A program made the position numbers and the translations under genes. A stretch of 64,000 nucleotides of DNA from Tubiluchus corallicola (taxonomy: Eukaryota > Animalia > Priapulida). Within the stretch, counting starts at the first letter, position 1. Every line of letters starts with the position of its first letter. The notes below the pieces were generated by a model. It was given only the letters and a program-made list of their open reading frames with translations, had not been told where the DNA came from and did no database searches. Positions 54,595 to 64,000 of the stretch are shown here, piece after piece. The stretch spans positions 558,001 to 622,000 of the forward strand of contig JAQGDQ010000049.1 of assembly GCA_030141605.1 (NCBI GenBank), in the 5' to 3' direction.

Positions 54595-57500
54595 ATGGCA
54601 AAGCCGGTCTGAATTCTCATTCCTTAAACAATAGGCTGTATACTGTAAGGATCTATAGGCATGTTCTGACCAGAGGTTCGATACTTTAAGCGGTTTAGCG
54701 CATGGAAGCTGTATTGGAAGGTCTTGAGTTCAAGTCTCCACTGGTTCATAGATTGAATTCTGGCTTGTCAAACTTAAAATCCAGTGTTCAGTTATGGCCA
54801 GCTAGATTTATTAATTAGTTAAACTTCTGTCTTTCAGAAATGTTGTTTATTTTTGGATTCTTTTCGTGAAGACTGTGTGTCCATTTTTGAGGTTAGCTGC
54901 AAGTCTTTGAATTGTTTGGAAAAACTGCACTAAAGATTACATTAATAATTAACGTTTTCTCGATTGTCAGTGCGCAACCCGTCGTGATTTTTGCTAATTA
55001 CTAATTTGAACCAATTTCCAAGAGCTTTTAATTAGGATTTTTACTGAAAGAACAGTCGTTAAAGTTACATTGAATTGGCGACTGTGAAGTTCCTAGCGTT
55101 TCGATAATTGCGGAACGTCTCCTCCTTTTGTGAATTCACGTAATTGCTAATCCATGTAGCTCGCTTAATTTCAAACATTAATTTGTCTTTCCAGTTCCGT
55201 TTAGAAGAATAATTCTTAGAACTACGTCGTTAAGAGACGGCTAGCTCGCAATAATCTCGCCTGGTGAAAATATGTTAATTCCTTGTTATTGTAAACTTTG
55301 TTTCCATATCATTAATAAGTTTACAACACATGAAAAATTGTCTGAAGTGTAATAACTGTTGTCTAACAACTCTTTGCACTTCGAATGGCAGGTAAAATGT
55401 CAACAAATAAACGTTTCGATAATTTTAAAAGTAGAAGGAACATTTATGTGATTAATATTGAAAATAGGATTCGGTACTCTAAAATAACATCTGTATAGAG
55501 AATATTTAAAACAGCTTAATTTCCTACTTGGGGAAAGAACGATGATGTTACTCAGTTAAGATCCTAAATTTACTATTACCCAATTCTAAAGTTTTCAAAA
55601 ACAGATTGAAGTTTTTGAGTTTTGATAAATGGCTTGTCTTGGATAGGCGTATGTAACTAGCTTGTTTCTCTGCGCCTCTCCCCACATTCATGTTTTTATT
55701 GTTTCATAATTTATTTTTAATGCATATTTTTATTGAATGTGAAATAAAATAAAATAAGGATGAGTAGCCTAAGAAGGCGTCGAGCGAGACCAATTCGAGT
55801 GGAACATAACTCGAAAAATCCCAACATGAGTCGAATCCGAACTCGAAAACCCTGGATCGGCAGCTAAGTAGCGTGCGACTTTCTGACAAAGTTTTTTCAG
55901 ATAGATTTTGCGTGTTTTTATCATGCCTTAAGTAAAAAATATTATAGCTTCCTGTTAACTCAGGTACTGGCGATGTTGTTTTAACGACGTTTCGTGGCCA
56001 ATCTTGCGTGTTATTTGGAAATATTCGCTAAAATATTTGCAGTTAGCAGGTGTGCTCAACGTTTTTATGGCTTCGTAGTTGCTGTTCCCTAGCGACCTTT
56101 GACGCTTTCAACTGCTAAAAGCTCTTACCGGTTAAACTGAAGTGTGCTGTTATGAGCCGCGTTTGTGATTTAAGATGCCCCGCCTTAATCAGCTAACTCC
56201 GTATACTTTTCTAATTGATACTACCTGCTATACATACCAATAACTGTTACCAAACTCGAGGCAGTGAATTTTGCAGGAATTTACAGGAAGTCTTTACAAG
56301 ATTATCTTCGGCAATTTTAACTCATGGAATTTACCAGCTTCATAAATACTAATAATGTTAAGTTGCATGAATGGAAAACTGAAAACAGTTTCTTCTCAAT
56401 TCATCGTTAAAATAAATTGACGACAAGGTCTCGAACCTTCTTTAATAATTCTAAAAACTTAGAATTTTGTTACAGTCTATAAACCTACTAGCTAATTTAT
56501 ATCACCGTAAGGATAATATATTTTAAATACATTTTGTATTTTTGTAATACATATCATCTTTAAAGTATCACTCATTCAAGGGCTAAACGCTAGAAAAATA
56601 GGATTCTTATAACTAAATTGCTAGTTATAGAGGGTACATGCCAGTTAATGAAATGGATGCATTGTAGTTAACAATTAAACAATTTTATGATACGGAATTT
56701 CATAGATATGAGGTCCGATGGAAAAATTTGATATATTTACTGGGAAATAAGAACATTACTTACAGTACGACTACAAAAGATTTTTAAAATACTAGTTCAA
56801 AGATGAAACGTGAAACACTTGATATGCAAACACCCGCTCCGTGTCCAGGGTAAAAATAAAAGAAACAGTAGTAAATCTTGTATTCAAATAGTGACAGATT
56901 ATGAGCTTACAAACACATTAATACATAACTTATATAACTTGGTCATACTTTATTCTTTTAATCATTGGCATTATCATTGGCTTTTGAAGGAGTCAAGGTT
57001 CAATAAGTAAGTAGTAAAATATCAAAGAAATTCAAGTACAGCTAAAACTGGAGTCTTAGAATTAAAAAAACCTGACTACATGTATATAAATTGTCTATGA
57101 TTACGTTTACAAGGGTTTCAATAACTTTTGAAAAAGAATAAGATGTATCTACCTTAACACATCCAGGGGCTAAATAACTCGATTTCTTCAACAAACTAAA
57201 AAAATGAAAATAGATATAAAACCAGTTGACACAGCTGCTTGGCAAACAAAGTGTAGTTTATAAGTTTGTTTTACCCCCAGTTTTTTATTATTTACACCCT
57301 TTTCTTTTGCTAGTAACTCACGAAACTCACAGGGCACATTTTATAGACAGGGGGATTTATGTTCGTACATGACCCGTTACCACTAAATCAAGTTGATGCT
57401 TAGTTGTAAGTTTCTTGGCTTTTCATTTGAAAATTATGGGTTCTATTGCCACTTAAAACTTTTTGTTTTGTACGTTTTTACCTCCTTTTTGAACTCGCAC

Positions 57501-60224
57501 TGTTTGGACGATAATCCAAAATGCTTCTGTCAGGTTTAGCTAGTTTCTAAATTAAAATGATATTTATTTCCTATTTTCCCTAAAATTGGCTTGAATGTGC
57601 AAATGTAATCAAATGCAAAACAAGATAATATACTACTGAGGGTAAAATTAATTATCTTGTAACTTTCTGCAACTCAATAATAACTTGTGAAGAAATGTGT
57701 GACCCGTGTGACCATGTTGAGTGCTTGCTTACAAAGAAAAGCAACACAAGACTTAGTTAATAACTCGATTGGTGATTGGTCGCCTGTCAAAAAATTATAC
57801 TTTCCATTTTACTAAAACAAAATGTAATTCCTAAGTTCTCAAACAATATTATGCCCAACCTTCAGTTATGGACCACCGGTGAAAAAGTGATAAGTTCCGA
57901 CTGCCTTGAGTTACCTGCCGCTAGTGAAAAGTATAGAATATAATAGAGTATTTAGAACGAGTAGAAGCACGTCGGCAAGTGTTCAGACACAAAAATGATT
58001 TTTAATATTTCTTCAACATTTTCTAAGGTAAATATTAATTTATCAACTTATTACGGTTTTAATATGTTTGGTGTCGTCTTAGAACTGCATGCAGATTGTT
58101 CTTAAATTTTAAATATGAATAAGTAGAAGGCGCTTTAATGCAACAATCAATGATTAGAATGAATAACTTACAGCAAGCAGCCTATAGCTACTACAGCTAT
58201 GCTAAAATCCAGGAAAAAATGACGCCTCATTCTGCCGCCCTTGCGTCCCAATTCAAATTGTACCTGGCATGATTGCTCCACTCACCATCACTTTATATGC
58301 CACTGGCGTTATTTATATATGGCGTTATGAACGGTGTGTTTTATACATTGTTATTTTATCGTCAAATATATGTTAATTTCAACGTGCATGCAGTTTAACC
58401 AAGATCCGCGTCACTTACAACACTGCTCTTCACAAGTTTTTCACATAGTATGTTTGTGATACGCCGTATTCTACAATACGTGCAGAAAATAATGTAAAAC
58501 ATTTTAAAGTACTGTTGTGTCACTCTGCCTATAATGTAAAAACAAGAATGACTGGGTCCGCAAATTTTATAATAAATCACATATGCCACAAACCTGGCAT
58601 AAGATTTTATTGCAGAATATTTACAAAATGGCATGATTTATTGATTTAGCAACCGCCGGTTTTTTAACTGATCCTTTGTATTTATAAGTTCTGTATATAT
58701 GTTTTTATTGTATTTTTTTGTAAATTTTGGTAGCTCTTTTAATAGTATATGACACGTAGTATCTCTTAGTTTTTAGTGTAAATTTCAACTTTTATATGGT
58801 ATTTCTATGTGCTGAAATAAACTTTGAATAAAAAAATAAATAAAGTGATAACATAAATTTTTTTAAAATATTGCACGTTGATGAGTTTCCGGTCTGCACA
58901 GGATAAAACATTTAATGGGTTGTAAAACTTTCTGATTTAAAACAATAAACTTGTGTTTAAATTAAAGTCAGAATTGGCATGCCGCAGTTAGAAAGAAATT
59001 TTGGCACAGCACTCGAGAAAAAATTGTTAAAGCGACTGATCATTAAATTTTATCTATTGTTCGTAGAAACTTGAACAGCTTGGGAATCAAGGAGCTAAAT
59101 CAAAGGCTAAAAATATTCATTGGTTTCTAATGGCTTTTAATGAACTTACGCTTTTACCGAAGCCGTTGGTTAAACAAGATGTCAGCGAAGCCATTTAAGA
59201 TCAAAGGCATTTTAATTAAAAAAGTCAGTTAATCAAAATGTTTTGAAACGGTAACTCTTAATGGTGGACTAAGCAGCAAGCAAAAGACGTACATCTTTTA
59301 AAAGCTAGTTAAATTATGCAATTAGACTCAATTATCTTACACAAACTATTTAAGTTAATTTTCAAAGTGCATCGCATACAATTACTGAAAGTTGTTGTCA
59401 AAGAGCAACCTTAATGCGTCTTTTTCTAAAGTTAAAAAACTGGTTTTCAAGCTTATAATGAAATTTCGTTGAAACGGCTGATTATTTTAATAAAGGAGAT
59501 CACTCTTTTCATCAGTGATAGACTCTACGTTTAATAACTAATGGGTTTTAGTGCATTTATTGCTTTGACAAAATTATAATCATTCGCTTTGAAAATGAAA
59601 TTAAACGGTGATGGCGTCATTGTCACTGTCGTTACTAATGTCATAGTCATCATTGTCATCGTAGCTATTTCTGTGTTCTGTTGCACGATTTAACTAAGTG
59701 CGGTGTGCAAAATTGACATTATTTTTGGTGGTCTAATTATCAAAATTTTCGCCAGATGCGGCACAAGCTTGGCTTTGCACAGTGATTCGCAACCACGTGT
59801 TTTCTGCCACACATTAATTGTTATACGCTACCCTTATTGCTACGTGTTTTAGTTGTTGAATAAACAATTTGCAGAATTATTGCATATTGGCCATGATAAT
59901 CATTGCAATTTAACTTTAGCAATCGCTCAAGCAGCCGATTTGTTATTGTTTCTGGTGTTCTGGACTTGATATGGTAGTGTGGCTTGCGAAGGACTGATGC
60001 GATCTGGATGGGTGATGGCGTAGTGGTAGCTATCTTGATGGTTAGTGAAGCTACTGGTACACAAAAACACACTTTTGTGTTGCTGTTCGTGGAACATTAT
60101 ATCTAGTGGAACTGTCACGACATTGGTTCATATTTAGTGTGGAAGCTACTGGTGGAGAGTAACATCGGACACAGGAGCACACACAGAGGAAAGACATTGC
60201 TAGAATAGTTACAGTTTACTATAG

Positions 60225-60500
60225 TACAACTACCACAACCACTGTCATCACATCTACCACACAACCACTGTAACTACAACCACACCCACTACTATAACTA
60301 CTGTCATCACAACTACCACACAATCACTGCGTTAACAATTATCACAACCACTTCTATCACAACACACCATTACAACTACCACTACCACCGTCATCACAAC
60401 TACCACTGCCATCACAACTACCACTACCACTGTCATCCCAACTGCCACAACCACTGTCATAACAAAATCACAACCACTGTCATAACAGCAACGACAACTA
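60225..60500. repeat. Degenerate (ACC/ACA/ACT) low-complexity repeat
   Basis: acaaccactgtcatcacaactacc variants; no continuous ORF. Confidence 0.75.
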
Positions 60501-61324
60501 GAGACATTCTCACTGCGATAACTCTACAGCTGCCATCGATGCTGTTAAAAACATTAAACAAAACAGTGTTCACACTCTTACAACATGTTCACATTGCAGG
60601 AAATTGTTGGTGAGATTATCCAGAGCGTAATTAAAATCCCTGTTGATGTTTGCTAAAGGTCTGAAATGCAATTACGGACTGATGTGCAGAGACCGTCTTT
60701 GACAATGCTCATCAACTGTGTAAAACCAATCATTATTGATGTCTCTGAGAGAGAACGATGCATTTATCAACAGAAATGTCTTTAGTCGCTATTTTAACCT
60801 AGGCTGTGTAATGCAGAATGCTATGAATTAATAAATTAAAGAAGAATAACACCACAAAGGAACGAGCATTAAGTGATTTTCCGTATGTTTATCTTTCCGC
60901 GTAAAGATAGCACGCCGCATTGTACTAAAATTCCGTTTTCGTTTTTTCCCAATATCTTTATTGGTGAATTTTTTAAGTGTTTGATCTAGTCCTTTTCTAG
61001 ACCTATGTCTGGTTAATATTTACATTAAAAGTATACATTGCACAAGATTTTAAAAAACTTTCTTCGGATATTGTTGAAACTCATTTAGTATTCAATGTTA
61101 CTTTGTAGATCTGTGATTAAGGGTGACTATTAAAAATTCACCTGAAGTCAGTAATTTCTAGTGTCGCTGCTCCTTCGACAAAGCTAGCCGCAGGGCTGTA
61201 ATTTCAACGTGACTTAACCGTCCTTAGGAGTCGTAATTGAAGTCTCAAAGAGCAATAACGTTACAGTAATTGCCTAGTGGCTTTCGCAACATAAACCATC
61301 AGATGAAACTTTTATTTTTGTTTG

Positions 61325-61564
<240 letters not shown>

Positions 61565-64000
61565 CTTTCGCTTCTAAGAAAAGTTCACTTGTTCAGTCAC
61601 TGCAAAAAGCATGTTATTTTTGTCGGTTTCGCCCGTGATTTTATTCCCCGAACACAGACATTTTACAAACAAATTTTTTCGCTGTTCCATAAAACCCATC
61701 CAGAAAAAAATACAAATTTTAATAATCACGGATGATTGTAAACGAGGTTGCAGTTTCCTGAAAACCGAAAAAACTTCGAATCTAGTATCTTCAGCGTGCT
61801 ACATATCTCCAGCTAAACTCCAAACATTTCCTGACTGACGGCGGTAAAACGGATATTGAATGTTGTGCTAATAAGCGTTTAAAAGAAAATACGTTGAGAA
61901 AAAATATTAATGAATTCTCGTCTATAACTGTGTTATGATGAGACGTTTGAAAATGTTGAATTCTTAATGGAAGAATATGAACGCATGTAAGAAAACCGAG
62001 TTTATCAACATCAACGAAATTATCAGTCACAACATCATCAGTCCCAAATGGTAAACAATCGCGCTTGTAAACAATAAATAATATGCTGGTGTTGGTAAAA
62101 TTTCATATAAATTCATGAAAGAACCGATTAGCGTCTGGTAATTTTAACAAAATACACTGTTTTTTATAGCTTTTAGACATGTTAAAAAACTTGTCTGCTA
62201 CATCAGGACAAGCTTAAAGATCCACTTATTATTCCTGCTACTGCTATTATTAACTTAGTAAAAATCTTATAATTATTGCGGATAATTATGACAATTATAC
62301 CAAAGTGTTGGGATGCTTTGTATGTTGTGTGATTTTCTTATGTTCATTGTATTGTATATTGTTTTGTATCGTTCGTCAATAAACTATATTTATAAAAACT
62401 ATATTTACATCATTTACTGTTTAATCTGTTCTTGACTTTTGTACAGTCACACCTTTCTAGTACTGATAAATCCCTCACTTGGCTTTTGACTACAGATGCT
62501 TCTGATGTGGAATATTTTGGTTCCTGAAGTGCGGCAGCAGTCTTTCTCCAGGGCTAATCATTTATGGTTAGGTCTATAATGCTCAGATGACGTATGTCGT
62601 CTCTTTGTTGAATGTCATCATTTCTGTGCAATTTTGTGGCAACTGTTATCGCCCTGAAAATGGTTTTGTAGACAGTAGAGGAAAACTTACCTGTTCTGGG
62701 TTCATTTCAGTAGCTTCCTAACAGGTTACTATTACCTGTCAAACGATGTGATAAGTTGTTATGAGCTGAAATTCTGCTTGCAATATAACTTTTAAACAAC
62801 TTTTTATGATCCACAGATTGAGAAAAAAATGAAACCAGAGGATACCGAGGAGGGCCGTTCAGAGGACCATTTGTCGCTCTGCATTGTACTCATATGTAAA
62901 ACGCTCCTCTCTGTGCCTCTTTTTAAATGCGTTCCATATTTTTGTCAGTTCTTTTGCACTAATATCATTCAGCATTTTTTCGCTGGATTGTCAAATCACG
63001 AAGAAGTACAACCTATGAAAACCATCTTTCCTATTTCTGTCTGTCTCTCTTCTTGTCATGTTTTTGTGGTCTGTATTTTTTTCTATCCTCTCTTTCGGTT
63101 TGCTTTTTCTGTCCTATTTTATAGATATTTTGCACAACATAAAATTACTCAGTTCTTTTCTGCTTGTACAGAAAAATTGAGAACTATCTCTTCTCCCCAT
63201 TACGCATATATAGAAGAACTCGTCCACGTCAAATATTTTGCGAATGTTTATTATCAGTTGTCATCACGTTTTTTCGTGGTTCGGATGGCAAGGTCTGATT
63301 TTATGGGACAGTACCATACACCTGCTACAGTTTATTAGTTTAATTACTTGTAATGACATTAATAGGCGTTCTACACCGTTGGCTAATTGCTGTACTATCC
63401 CCATTTCTAGCAGTTTTATTATCAGGCCGTTCAACGTAAACAGCTTATCACACTCGAAAAAATGAAAATAACGCCCACGCCTGCGGCTTCAATATTGAAA
63501 CCATATAGCACGAACTGCGCAATAAGAATAAATAGAAGTACAAAAACGAAATCACAAACTTATTAAATTTGCAGTATCGGTATGGATTCGGCAAATAGCT
63601 CTTTTTGATGTGCAATGTTTTTATAATATCTGAGAAGCAGCGCACACAGAAGCTAAAGCCAGCCACGACTGGTCGAGTCACGCTTAGTAGAACGAGTAGC
63701 ATCAAGTATGGAGGTGGATAGCTAGATAAAAGCTTTACATTTGCCAATGATAATCTTACACGCAGAAAGTAAAAATACGAAGTAGGCCTACATAATGAGT
63801 ATGTAGCCTATCCTATGTGCAGGAGGCAGCATACTAGTCAAGCTTATTGAGACTGGCTGAATATTGGCAATAGTGTCAATAAGTGAGTTATATAGTGACA
63901 ATAAAAAAAACTACAAATAATTGAAAATACACGAAGAATTTTTTAAAACATTCAAATATTTACAAATAACTAACTGTGTTTGTGCTTTCATTGCTAAAAA

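Noticed and set aside
55760-55867. Arg-rich 35-aa ORF MSSLRRRRARPIRVEHNSKNPNMSRIRTRKPWIGS
   Set aside because: Short, no recognisable motif; explained by repeated tcga motifs typical of transposon subterminal repeats.
60225-60500. Mucin-like Thr-rich exon
   Set aside because: Frameshifts and stops interrupt it and no convincing splice sites flank it.
62550-62717. Possible minus-strand exons (27-nt EATEMNPEQ with GTAAGT donor, and an acceptor at 62654)
   Set aside because: The implied intron is only 37 nt, the peptides have no recognisable homology, and no other exons support a gene.
62829-63747. ORFs of 169, 75 and 99 aa
   Set aside because: Low-complexity F/S/C-rich translations without domain motifs or splice support.

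Overview
AT-rich eukaryotic (metazoan, probably invertebrate) genomic DNA with GT-AG spliced genes; no prokaryotic features. (1) 153-19975 (+): the last 17 exons (674 codons plus stop) of a single-pass receptor guanylyl cyclase of the natriuretic-peptide-receptor/GC type; its 5' part lies upstream of the window. (2) 25863-51327 (+): a complete 16-coding-exon proprotein convertase PC7/PCSK7 gene (807 aa), with a Cys-rich prodomain insertion. (3) Nested antisense in the PCSK7 intron after the catalytic-Ser exon is a 2-coding-exon gene (36404-35494, -) for a 237-aa secreted Gly/Tyr/His repeat protein that carries G-RRR and terminal G-R convertase/amidation signals; this is the most interesting item. 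The rest is introns and intergenic DNA with tRNA-derived SINEs, TTAA- and TA-flanked DNA-transposon derivatives, LINE 3' fragments, a 31-bp and a 39-bp minisatellite (the latter tRNA A/B-box-like) and many microsatellites. Most ORFs in the supplied track are microsatellite or intron artefacts. No gene could be supported in 51.4-64 kb.
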